This document shows, piece by piece, positions 1-9,141 of a DNA stretch of 45,758 nt. A model generated the notes under the pieces. That model made no database searches. It worked only from the letters and a program-made list of their open reading frames with translations, and had not been told where the DNA came from. The first letter of the stretch is position 1, and the number at the start of each line of letters is the position of its first letter. The translations under genes were made by a program, and so were the position numbers. The stretch spans positions 1 through 45,758 of the forward strand of contig JAYTSD010000025.1 of NCBI GenBank assembly GCA_043745805.1, given 5' to 3'. The stretch comes from Fibrobacteria bacterium. GTDB taxonomy: Bacteria; Fibrobacterota; Fibrobacteria; UBA11236.

Positions 1-29
1 TAACGCTTTTTTGTTACTTTTTCTTTCAT
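1..29 (-). CDS. 5' end of an unknown gene running off the window edge (MKEKVTKKAL...)
   Basis: ATG at 29 on the minus strand with GGAGGT SD just upstream (cggaggtgtctATG); frame open to the window edge. Confidence 0.6.
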
Positions 30-49
30 AGACACCTCCGGTCAATTGA

Positions 50-706
50 CCTAATTTACTTTTAGTAAAGTGTCCGTTAAACGGGGCGCAGATCAAACTA
101 CCGAATGAAAATATTTATGTCGAACCGGGATTTAGCTATGACCACAACGTTTCAAAGTGGGCTGCCTTTGCAGGTTGGCCAGTTTACTGGAAGTTTTTAT
201 TAACAGGTGAGCAATATAGGGATAGTGCAAATCTTATGACTAATAAGTTGCATACTATTTTAGCTGCTGGATTTTCAGGTTTTGCATATTCACAACGAGA
301 AGGGTTTACTACTAGTTTTTCAGTGGGCATTTTCGCTAAATATCTTTTTAGCGAAAATTTTTTTAATGAATTGACCTTAGATTGTGATATGTACAATACC
401 AAAAAACCAAATAAATATTTGCTTACTTTTAAAGAAAAAATGGGGTGGCAATTGAATCGGAAAAACTCAATATCCATTTCTTATAAATCGATTGATTACA
501 ATATTCCTAGAGATTGGAAATTTAATACTTACGGTATTGTTTATCTTGACGAAGATAAACAGTCTGAACTACTTATTTCTCACAAATTTTATTGGGGATT
601 GAAAAATATTTTAGGTCCAGAATTGGGTTATGGTTTTCAGAATTTTGAGATTGGAAGGCATTATTATTTAAAAGCAGGCTTTCATTATGTTTATGTGTTT
701 TATTAG
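50..706 (+). pseudogene. Probably 5'-truncated hypothetical outer-membrane beta-barrel-like protein
   Basis: ORF 236..706 stays open upstream to 50 (TGA at 47-49) with no in-frame ATG/GTG/TTG before 236; alternating aromatic/hydrophobic strands; ends YYLKAGFHYVYVFY; no signal peptide; AT-rich. Confidence 0.4.
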
Positions 707-786
707 GTCTTCGAAATAGAATTATTAAATGCATTAATGATAATCTTTTCAAAGTCACTGCCCGTCGCACATGTATTTCCGAATCT

Positions 787-1077
787 ATGGCTTTTGGCGA
801 TGCCTTAGGACGCACCATACAAACCCAAAGCAAAATATTCCCCTTAAACGGACAGTATTTGGTTTCGGGTTCAGGTTATGATAATTTTGCAAGACCTGAA
901 ACCACTTTCCTAGCGACTCCGGTAACTATGTCTTCGCCCACTTTACAGACTAGTTTACTTTCTAAAGCTAAAAGTTATTACAGATCTTCGGGACCTTTTA
1001 ACGCTCATAATATTCCTTTTTCTCAAGTAAAATATGCCGATGAACCTAGTCCTCGTGGTGCGCTTGCTGAATCATAA
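787..1077 (+). pseudogene. Rhs/YD-associated (DUF6443-like) protein fragment
   Basis: FGDALGRTIQTQ...YDNFARPETTFL...PFSQVKY..PSPR resembles the Y-DGLGR-IQ / YD-GR / FS-Y-SP pattern of Rhs N-terminal regions; only 96 aa. Confidence 0.5.
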
Positions 1078-1149
1078 GACTGTATAACGGAAAATTTCAC
1101 TCGTAATTTGCGATAAACTGGGATTAGAGTAATATCTCCAAATCATTCA

Positions 1150-2016
1150 CTAAAGTCGATGCCCTTGCAAAGAATAAATTTTTACCGTATTATCTAGGTT
1201 ACGTTCTATTTGAAATCTATTCCGATAAAACCCTACTTTGATTTTAGGAAAAGATGAAATAGCAATTAAAGGCATAATGGAAGCTCCTACCGCTTTATTT
1301 TGACCATAAATCCAATCCACTAAACCCGGTTCTTTCGCAGCATTTTCCCAAGAATTATGTCCTACCCCAGGATATTCTTTAAATAATGGATCTCCTCCAG
1401 CAGCTTTTAAAGCGGTAATCATCATGCGTGTCTGGATAATTGGCACGGTGTTATCCGCTTGCCCATGGAAAGCCCAAATGGGAACATGCTTAAATAATTT
1501 AGCCTTGGAACTATCACCGCCCCCGCACACGGGTACAGCGGCCGCAAAAAAATTAGGATAAGCCGCTAGTAAAGCCCATGTTCCATATCCTCCCATAGAT
1601 AAACCAGAAACATAAATGCGATTGGTGTCGATTGGAAAAGCTTTTAAGGTGGAATCGATTAGGCCTTTAAGTAGACCCGTTTTCCAACCCACCGGTGAAC
1701 CATTTAATACTGCACATTGCGGTGCAATTACAAAACCAGGATACTTCGATTGTATATTCGAATCGGCCCACATATTGGTCATGGCATACTTAAGTTGATT
1801 AGTATTATCACTACCGCTTTCTCCTGAGCCATGTAAAGCCAACATCAAAGGGTATTTTTTTCCGGATTCCATATTTTTAGGCGCATAGAAGCGATATAGT
1901 TGCGTTTGACCTTTGTCATTTTGAAAGTTTTTAGCGGTATAAATATCTACAGTTGCGGCGCTGGATAAAGAGATAAGGTTGTGTGCTAATAGTAATGCGA
2001 ATAATCCTTTAAGCAT
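1150..2016 (-). CDS. Secreted alpha/beta hydrolase (predicted peptidase/esterase/phospholipase family)
   Basis: Signal peptide; LHGSGE, GLSMGG nucleophile elbow, FHGQAD, GHNSW; GGAGG SD. Confidence 0.85.
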   Translation of the reverse strand: MLKGLFALLLAHNLISLSSAATVDIYTAKNFQNDKGQTQLYRFYAPKNMESGKKYPLMLALHGSGESGSDNTNQLKYAMTNMWADSNIQSKYPGFVIAPQCAVLNGSPVGWKTGLLKGLIDSTLKAFPIDTNRIYVSGLSMGGYGTWALLAAYPNFFAAAVPVCGGGDSSKAKLFKHVPIWAFHGQADNTVPIIQTRMMITALKAAGGDPLFKEYPGVGHNSWENAAKEPGLVDWIYGQNKAVGASIMPLIAISSFPKIKVGFYRNRFQIERNLDNTVKIYSLQGHRL

Positions 2017-2143
2017 TTATCCTCCTAAATTAAAAAAGTCTTACTTATTTTACTCTTAAAGTGAGTTTAACGCTTAAGTATTTCGGGGTTTTTTCAAAGT
2101 TTAATGCGGATAGAAAATCTTAATTACAATGAGCAAATAATTT

Positions 2144-3169
2144 TTACAACAACTCTTCCTGCATCGCCGAACCCTTCGGCGGCACTATTCCCAAATGCCG
2201 ATAAGCACCCGCCGTAGTTTGTCGTCCACGCGGCGTGCGTTTCAATAATCCACATTGAATTAAAAACGGTTCATAGACTTCTTCCAAAGTATCCATTTCT
2301 TCCCCAATGGATGCGCCTAAAGTAGAAAGCCCCACCGGCCCACCATCGAATTTATTGATAATCGTCCGCAGAATAGTGCGATCCATTTCATCGAGGCCTA
2401 AAGCATCAATGCCGAGCATGCTTAACGTTTTACCGACAATATCATCATCAATAATTTTCGTGCCTTTAACTTGTGCCACATCGCGGCAGCGGCGTAAGAC
2501 GCGATTGCCTATACGTGGCGTGCCTCGGCAGCGGGCGGCTAATAAATCTACGCCGCTGGCGGTTAATTCCATTTTTAAAATGCGCGCGGAGCGAAGTAAA
2601 ATCTTTTTCATCTCGGCTTCGGAATACGTTTCTAAACGGAAGGTTAAACCAAAACGGTCGCGTAACGGCGAGGTTAACATGCCGGTGCGGGTGGTGGCGC
2701 CGATTAATGTGAAACGTTTGAGGGGCAAATTAATACATTTGGCGGAGGGTCCGCTTTCCAGCATAATGTCGATTTTAAAATCTTCCATGGCCGGATATAA
2801 AAATTCTTCGATCACCCGATTCAAGCGATGAATTTCATCGATGAATAAAACATCATGCGAATCCAAATTGGTGAGCAGGCCAGCCAGCTCCGAAGGCTTA
2901 TCCAAGGCTGGTCCTGAGGTGATCTTTAAATTTGCTCCCATTTCGCGGGCGATAATATGCGCTAAGGTGGTTTTTCCTAAACCCGGGGGACCCGCAAACA
3001 AAATATGATCAATCGGTTCATTCCGTTCTTTGGCGGCTTGTAAAAAAACGCTTAAACTTTCTTTTAATTTTTCTTGGCCTACAAAATCAGCAAGCGTGGC
3101 GGGCCTTAAGGAATTGTCTTGATCTTGATCATCACCAAATTGTTCTGGGGCTATAATGCGATCGCTCAT
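2144..3169 (-). CDS. ruvB: Holliday junction branch migration helicase RuvB
   Basis: LRP..L.DFVGQ, GPPGLGKTT, FIDEIHR, GATTR, TPRGR. Confidence 0.99.
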   Translation of the reverse strand: MSDRIIAPEQFGDDQDQDNSLRPATLADFVGQEKLKESLSVFLQAAKERNEPIDHILFAGPPGLGKTTLAHIIAREMGANLKITSGPALDKPSELAGLLTNLDSHDVLFIDEIHRLNRVIEEFLYPAMEDFKIDIMLESGPSAKCINLPLKRFTLIGATTRTGMLTSPLRDRFGLTFRLETYSEAEMKKILLRSARILKMELTASGVDLLAARCRGTPRIGNRVLRRCRDVAQVKGTKIIDDDIVGKTLSMLGIDALGLDEMDRTILRTIINKFDGGPVGLSTLGASIGEEMDTLEEVYEPFLIQCGLLKRTPRGRQTTAGAYRHLGIVPPKGSAMQEELL

Positions 3170-3202
3170 GGCTTATCTTTCATACATCTCAGGCATAGTC
3201 AC

Positions 3203-3802
3203 TTAAACTTCCTGCAAAGCTTGGGTGATAATTTGATGCGTACCGGCTTTGTCACCTAATTTAGCCACGGCCTTTTCCACCGCGCTTTGGGCTTGGGCTT
3301 CTTTAACGCCTAAGCTCATCAAAGCTAATATTGCATCGCGCCAAGTTTCATTAGCCGGTAAAGCTGTTCCCGCTTGCCCAGGAGTTGAGGAAAAATCCAT
3401 TTTGCCCATAGCATTGCGTAAGGAAGCAATCATCACTTCGGCAGTTTTTTTGCCTATGCCTTTTAAAGCCATTAAGCCACTGACATTGCCTTTCAAAATA
3501 AGATCGGCGAGTTGTGAAGGAGTCGTAGCAGACAAGATACGTAACGCCAAACGCGGGCCAATGCCCGATACATCGAGTAGCTTCATAAAAATTTCACGTT
3601 CACCGGCATCACTAAAACCGTATAGCTCTAGCAAATCTTCTTTCACATGTAAATAAGTGAGCATTTCAATGGGTTCGCCCACGCGGGTATATTTTTCGGA
3701 GGTGCGTAGAGAAACATCAACGCCAAAGCCGACACCACCAACCGAAATAATCAGTCGGGCGGGAAGGCGTGCAGATAATGTACCGTGGAGAAATTCTATC
3801 AC
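3203..3802 (-). CDS. ruvA: Holliday junction DNA-binding protein RuvA
   Basis: GTG start; TYLHVKED..LYGF, VSGIGPRLAL, GIGKKTA HhH motifs; between ruvC and ruvB. Confidence 0.97.
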   Translation of the reverse strand: MIEFLHGTLSARLPARLIISVGGVGFGVDVSLRTSEKYTRVGEPIEMLTYLHVKEDLLELYGFSDAGEREIFMKLLDVSGIGPRLALRILSATTPSQLADLILKGNVSGLMALKGIGKKTAEVMIASLRNAMGKMDFSSTPGQAGTALPANETWRDAILALMSLGVKEAQAQSAVEKAVAKLGDKAGTHQIITQALQEV

Positions 3803-3811
3803 TGTTTAAAT

Positions 3812-4291
3812 CTAAATAGGTTTGGGCGACTGCACCAAATGGCAAAAAGCAATAGCTAAAGCATCAGCGGCATCGGCAGGTTGAGGGATTTGTTTGAGTT
3901 GTAAATGTTTTTGCATCATTTCGGCGACTTGCTCTTTAGAGGCTCCGCCACGGCCCACCACACTTTGTTTTACCAAGCGAGGCGCATATTCCGTCACCGG
4001 AATATTTAGGCTATGCGCAGCCACCATAATGGCACCACGTGCATGGCCTAGCACCATAGCTGCACGAGGGAATTTGGCGAAGAAAATACTTTCTAAAGCC
4101 ATCGCTTGTGGGGCATAAACATCCATTAATTGTTTGAGCTCACGAAATATTTTTTCCAAACGTTGGGGGAGAGGATCGCTTGACTTTAAGCGTATCACGC
4201 CATATTCCAAAACTTTAATTTTGTTTTGTTGTTGTTGTAAAAAGGCATAGCCGGTATTTTGTGATCCAGGATCTACACCTATTACTATCAT
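3812..4291 (-). CDS. ruvC: Crossover junction endodeoxyribonuclease RuvC
   Basis: IGVDPGS..TGY, LGHARG, SKEQV, DAADALAIA. Confidence 0.98.
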   Translation of the reverse strand: MIVIGVDPGSQNTGYAFLQQQQNKIKVLEYGVIRLKSSDPLPQRLEKIFRELKQLMDVYAPQAMALESIFFAKFPRAAMVLGHARGAIMVAAHSLNIPVTEYAPRLVKQSVVGRGGASKEQVAEMMQKHLQLKQIPQPADAADALAIAFCHLVQSPKPI

Positions 4292-4318
4292 GGTTTATTG
4301 CTCACCATTACATGGCAT

Positions 4319-5062
4319 CTATAGTGATTCTAATTCAGCTTGATCAAAATCGGCATTAGCAAAAACATTTTGCACATCATCATTATCATCTAAAGCATCT
4401 AAAATGCGAATTACTTTGGCCGCATCATCGCCGGTTACCTTCACCATATTTTCGGGAAGCTTTACAATTTCAGCGGTAGTGGTTTTAATTTTCTTGGCTT
4501 CGAGTGCGCTTAATAAACCTTGATAATGTTCGAATTCCACCTTGATTTCATATTCTTCACCCGAGCTATCTAAGTCCTCGGCACCCGCATCTGTCACCAA
4601 TTCAAATAAGGCATCTTCGCTAATAGCCGATTTCGCTACAGTAATGATACCACGGGTTTTAAACATCCATGCTACGGTTCCGGCTTCGCCCATAGTGCCA
4701 CCGTTTTTGCTGAAAATATTACGTATTTCGGCCACCGTGCGCACTTTATTATCCGTCATCGTATCGACCATAATCGCCGTGCCTGCAGGGCCATAGCCTT
4801 CATAACTGATTTCGGTATACTGCACGCCTTCGAGTTCGCCTGCCCCTTTGGCTACGGCGGTTTCAATATTTTTGGCAGGCATATTCGAGTCTTTGGCTTT
4901 TAAAATCGCATTGCGCAAACGTGAATTGGCTTCGGGATCGGAGCCACCCATGCGAGCCGCAACCGTGAGTTCACGCAAGATACGATTAAATACTTTAGCG
5001 CGCGCGCCATCAATTTTTGCTTTTTTACGTTTGGTGGTTGCCCATTTGGAATGTCCGGACAT
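4319..5062 (-). CDS. yebC: YebC/PmpR family protein
   Basis: MSGHSKW, YEGYGPAG, TDNKVRT, DDVQNVF; typical position upstream of ruvC. Confidence 0.97.
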   Translation of the reverse strand: MSGHSKWATTKRKKAKIDGARAKVFNRILRELTVAARMGGSDPEANSRLRNAILKAKDSNMPAKNIETAVAKGAGELEGVQYTEISYEGYGPAGTAIMVDTMTDNKVRTVAEIRNIFSKNGGTMGEAGTVAWMFKTRGIITVAKSAISEDALFELVTDAGAEDLDSSGEEYEIKVEFEHYQGLLSALEAKKIKTTTAEIVKLPENMVKVTGDDAAKVIRILDALDDNDDVQNVFANADFDQAELESL

Positions 5063-5120
5063 AAAATCCTCTGGCTAAATATGTGTTTTGAATTTAGAAA
5101 AAGGCAGCTAAAACCGAACT

Positions 5121-6659
5121 CTAGCCGCCTAAACTTTTGGCGTATTTTTGCACGGAACTCGTGAGTTTTTGCGCAATTTCTTTTTGGCCTTTGGCCGAAT
5201 TTAAATGACGACGATCTTCATCATTGGTTAAAAATCCCATTTCAAAAAGTATGGCAGGCATATAAGCACCTACTAGCACATAAAATCCTGCTTGGCTGGC
5301 TCCCGATAAATAACGGGGAATTGCAGCGCCCTCAAATTCATGCACAATATTTTCCACAAAGCGTTCGCTTTCTTTACTGTACAAATTCAATTGATGCTCT
5401 AATAAAATCCATTGCACGGGCGCAATTTCCGCCTTATTATTTTTGCCATTTTCTTCCGCGATGGCCGCATTTTCACGACGTGCTAAAGCTTTATCTTCTT
5501 CGCTTTCACCCGCACGCAAAATATAAGCGGTGAATCCAGAAATGGATTGTTTATGTTTGGAGGAACCGCCTATAGCATTACAATGTAAGCTGATAAATAA
5601 GTCGCCGCCTTTTTCTGAAGCGAATTTAGGTCTTCCGGGTAAGGTCACAAAAGTATTGTCATCCCTTGTCATTAAAGCATTGAAGCCTGCTTTTTGTAAT
5701 TGCTTTTGTAATTCTAAACCAATGGCTAAAGTTATATCGGCTTCATTCACGCCAGCTACTTGGGCACCAGGATCTTTTCCACCATGTCCCGGATCTATAA
5801 TTACGGTTTTAATATTTTTATTAGTGCCTTGCTCTTCCATCACCTTACTTTCGGCGGAAGGGCCTTTTTTACTTTGCTTACGCACGGTAATGACATAACC
5901 GGGTAATTCTTCTGAATATTCTGCTTCGACGGTGTCGATATTTTTGGGAATATTAAAAGTGAATTGCGTTACATCTTTTTCTTGTAAGGCGGTTACGCTT
6001 TTGACTAAGCCGTTTCCGGTTATTTTGCGATTTATATTTGCCGAGAGTTGGCCATTTTGAATTTTGAAAATAAAATGCGGAGCAATCCAAAAACTTTCTA
6101 TTTCCATTTTGGATCGGGTTTTAATAGCAATTAAATCGCCATTTTCGCGTGCATCAATGTTAATGGATATAATATTGTCGGAAACATTTTTAGAGCCATT
6201 AGATACGCTATCAGATGCCGGTAAAGCATGCTTGGGCGCGAGAGCAATTTTTTTAGTAGGAAGTGTGTCTAAGGTTATGGAAAGATGCAATTTTTGGGAC
6301 AGTAATTTAGCCAGAGGTCGTGTTGGGATATATAATTTCTCAATGCCGCGACGGACGGGGTAACTTAGATTATACGGTACTTCGCCAATGACTATATATG
6401 GATTGTCTAGGGTGAAATACCAAAAGCCGCCTTGTGTATCGGCGATTTTTAATTTTTGTCTTTCGGGAATCCATTCGGCTTCATGCTGAAAAATTTTTTC
6501 TAAAGCGGTGTGTGAAGTATATTCCACATTTTCAAATGTGGTGTCCACGTTTAAAGCAATAGTCTTATTTGCCGCCCAAAGTAAAGGCGGTATGGCCAAC
6601 GACAAGGCCAACAATAAGGCCGGCAATAAAACTATTGAGATTTTTCTCAAGGGATACAT
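5121..6659 (-). CDS. N-acetylmuramoyl-L-alanine amidase (Amidase_3) with long N-terminal region
   Basis: Signal/TM N-terminus; IIDPGHGGKDPGA, FISLHCNA, MPAILFEMGFLTN; start overlaps the smpB stop. Confidence 0.93.
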   Translation of the reverse strand: MYPLRKISIVLLPALLLALSLAIPPLLWAANKTIALNVDTTFENVEYTSHTALEKIFQHEAEWIPERQKLKIADTQGGFWYFTLDNPYIVIGEVPYNLSYPVRRGIEKLYIPTRPLAKLLSQKLHLSITLDTLPTKKIALAPKHALPASDSVSNGSKNVSDNIISINIDARENGDLIAIKTRSKMEIESFWIAPHFIFKIQNGQLSANINRKITGNGLVKSVTALQEKDVTQFTFNIPKNIDTVEAEYSEELPGYVITVRKQSKKGPSAESKVMEEQGTNKNIKTVIIDPGHGGKDPGAQVAGVNEADITLAIGLELQKQLQKAGFNALMTRDDNTFVTLPGRPKFASEKGGDLFISLHCNAIGGSSKHKQSISGFTAYILRAGESEEDKALARRENAAIAEENGKNNKAEIAPVQWILLEHQLNLYSKESERFVENIVHEFEGAAIPRYLSGASQAGFYVLVGAYMPAILFEMGFLTNDEDRRHLNSAKGQKEIAQKLTSSVQKYAKSLGG

Positions 6660-7129
6660 TAGAATCGAGCAGCCTTTAAAGCACGGGCTATATCGCGCTT
6701 GGCTTCTTGTTTCGATTTGTCTTCGCGTTTATCTTGTTTGTCTTTACCTTTGCCAAAACCCACATCAATTTTGAGTACACTGCCTTTAAAATAGGCTTTC
6801 AAGGGAATTAAGGCATACCCTTTGAATTGCGTAGCGGCATGCATTTTTTTGATTTCGGCACGATGGGCTAATAGCTTGCGTTCGCGTGTGGGCTTATGAT
6901 TAAAGCGATTGCCTTCGGTATATTCTTCGATATAAGCATTCACTAAAAAAAGTTCATCATTGCGAATAATCACATAAGCTTCGGTAAGGGTTAGTTTTCC
7001 CTGGCGCACCGACTTAACTTCGGTTCCGGTGAGGATAATGCCGCATTCATAATTGTCTTGAATAGCATAATTATGCCGCGCCGCGCGATTTTGTATGGTA
7101 GGTGAGGTATTCTTTTTTTCAGCCGTCAA
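6659..7129 (-). CDS. smpB: SsrA-binding protein SmpB
   Basis: NRAARHNY, GIILTGTEVKSVR, RKLLAH, GKGK..QDKR; TTG start. Confidence 0.98.
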   Translation of the reverse strand: MTAEKKNTSPTIQNRAARHNYAIQDNYECGIILTGTEVKSVRQGKLTLTEAYVIIRNDELFLVNAYIEEYTEGNRFNHKPTRERKLLAHRAEIKKMHAATQFKGYALIPLKAYFKGSVLKIDVGFGKGKDKQDKREDKSKQEAKRDIARALKAARF

Positions 7130-7199
7130 AATGCAAAAGCCCGATCAATCCGTGGGTGGTAAATTTACTAATCGAATAAGTTTAGTAAAGCTTTTAAGT

Positions 7200-7544
7200 T
7201 TATTCTGCTGAGTTTGCTTGGCCTGTTTGATCGGGAGGGTGGGTGTCATTTCCATCGAGCTCTTGATTTAAATAGGATTTAAGCTCTTTACTGGCTTCAA
7301 AAATCGGTTTTAGTCCGGCTTCGATTTGCACCATTTCACCCGTGCGTGGGTTACGTGCAGTACGCGCTTTTTTTTCTTTTACTTTGAAGCGACCAAAACC
7401 GCGGATTTCAATATTCTTACCATCGCTAAGCGATTTGGCAATTGAGTCGAGAAAACATTCTACAATGATTTTTGTATCCACCTGGGTAAGACCCGTGCGA
7501 GATGCAATATCATCGACTATATCTTTCTTGGTGACATTCCCCAT
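7200..7544 (-). CDS. HU/IHF family nucleoid-associated DNA-binding protein
   Basis: TKKDIV, IEIRGFGRF, ARNPRTGE, PIFEASKELK. Confidence 0.95.
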   Translation of the reverse strand: MGNVTKKDIVDDIASRTGLTQVDTKIIVECFLDSIAKSLSDGKNIEIRGFGRFKVKEKKARTARNPRTGEMVQIEAGLKPIFEASKELKSYLNQELDGNDTHPPDQTGQANSAE

Positions 7545-7654
7545 GTTATAAACATACTCCTTAAGTCGTTCAATTAATAGGGATTATAATACTTTAACTA
7601 GCCTCAAACAAGGTTAGTTTATCGGGATTTCCTGTCTCACACACCTGTCGGTTT

Positions 7655-8953
7655 TTATGACAATTGCCTTAATTTGAAAATCACGGCCTTATTCAACGGA
7701 TCTAATTCAAAAGCACGCGTTAAATAATTTTTAGCTTGCTCCATTTGTTTCAAATTTTCATAGGCTAAGGAAAGCTGTATTAAGGTCGGTACATGATGAT
7801 TATCTATATCCAAAGCCATTTCTAAATGATGAATGGCTTCTTTATATTGACTATTGCCATTTAAAATTACTCCAATGCGAAAATGCGCTTGAGCATGATA
7901 GGCATTATATTGCACGGTATTTAAAAAACATTTTAAGGCTTTTTCCCGATACGCCTTTATTTCTTGACCGGCTTCGGTTATATAGGATTGCTGCATATAG
8001 AGTTCGCCTAAATTGAACCAAGTATTATAATCACGCGTATTTAATTCCAAGGCTTTATTGAATTCGCCTTCCGCTTCATTCATTTTATTGAGATGGTATA
8101 AAGCAATGCCTAATTGTCCATGCGCCTTGGCATGGCTATTTTCCAAAGGTATTAGGGTTTTGAAGAGTTTTTCTGCATCGGCATAATTGCCCTCCATTTG
8201 ATATTGACGTCCCAGTTGATACAGGGCCGGAACATATTGCGAATTAATTTTTAAAGCTTGTTGTAAATGACTTTCCGAACCTTCATGTTTCCCCATTTCC
8301 ACATCGATGGTTCCTAAAGCCGTTAATATTTCCAAACTTCGCGGGAATTTTTTCAAGCTTTCTTCGCCTTGCTTATAGGCTTCTTCTTGTTTATCTAGGC
8401 GATATAAACATTGTACTTCCATCGCGGCTAGTGCCGCATTTTCCACCTTCATGGTTTTTAAATTGTCTACGGTTTCTAAGGCCTTAGCAAAGCGACCCGC
8501 TCCAAAATAAAGTTCGGCACTCAAATTAAGAAAGGTTTTATCCTTGCTATAAAACTCTTTGATTCTTTCTACATGCGGAAGGCTATTTTCAAATTCTTTA
8601 TTGTGATAATATTCCTCAATTAATTTATGATGTGCTTCAATATCCATTTGGCTTAATTTGGAAAAGCCTTCGCGTAGGGTCGCTTCCGGTTTTGCAGGAT
8701 GATTTTTTTTCTCCTCACCAGCGCCTTCATGAGCGGCCTCTGTATTTTCGGATTTGTTTTCTGAGGAGTGGGCTTCTGATTCGCCTTCGCCTTGCACAGC
8801 TTTTGCTTCTAAGGCTTCTTTTTTATGCGAAGTGACTAAGGAATAAATAATTCCTATCGCGGCCAAACCCCAAAGGGACAGAGAAATAAAGGCGAGACGC
8901 TTAAAAACTTTTTGTAAATCCCATGTTCGAATGATATTCCAAATTTTCTGCAT
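7655..8953 (-). CDS. Membrane-anchored tetratricopeptide repeat protein
   Basis: N-terminal TM helix, charged linker, many TPR motifs (e.g. AHGQLGIALY...A...FNKALELN). Confidence 0.85.
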   Translation of the reverse strand: MQKIWNIIRTWDLQKVFKRLAFISLSLWGLAAIGIIYSLVTSHKKEALEAKAVQGEGESEAHSSENKSENTEAAHEGAGEEKKNHPAKPEATLREGFSKLSQMDIEAHHKLIEEYYHNKEFENSLPHVERIKEFYSKDKTFLNLSAELYFGAGRFAKALETVDNLKTMKVENAALAAMEVQCLYRLDKQEEAYKQGEESLKKFPRSLEILTALGTIDVEMGKHEGSESHLQQALKINSQYVPALYQLGRQYQMEGNYADAEKLFKTLIPLENSHAKAHGQLGIALYHLNKMNEAEGEFNKALELNTRDYNTWFNLGELYMQQSYITEAGQEIKAYREKALKCFLNTVQYNAYHAQAHFRIGVILNGNSQYKEAIHHLEMALDIDNHHVPTLIQLSLAYENLKQMEQAKNYLTRAFELDPLNKAVIFKLRQLS

Positions 8954-9141
8954 ACTTCACCGTAACCTTAAAGTTACTAGAGTCTGTGGAAGGAAGGGGT
9001 TTAAACTCTGCCTAAACTTCATCTAGTTCTTAAAGTAATTGTAGCGGGTGGAGGATGAATCGCAAAGGAATAAGCGATAGGGGCTGAAGCTAAGTTCAGC
9101 TAAAAAAACTTAGCTGAACTTAAGGGGAAATTAAGGAAGTT

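Noticed and set aside
3812-4291. RuvC as a Cas/TnpB-type nuclease
   Set aside because: Canonical 159-aa resolvase in the yebC-ruvCAB operon
7130-7199. tmRNA beside smpB
   Set aside because: Gap too short and no tRNA-like ends
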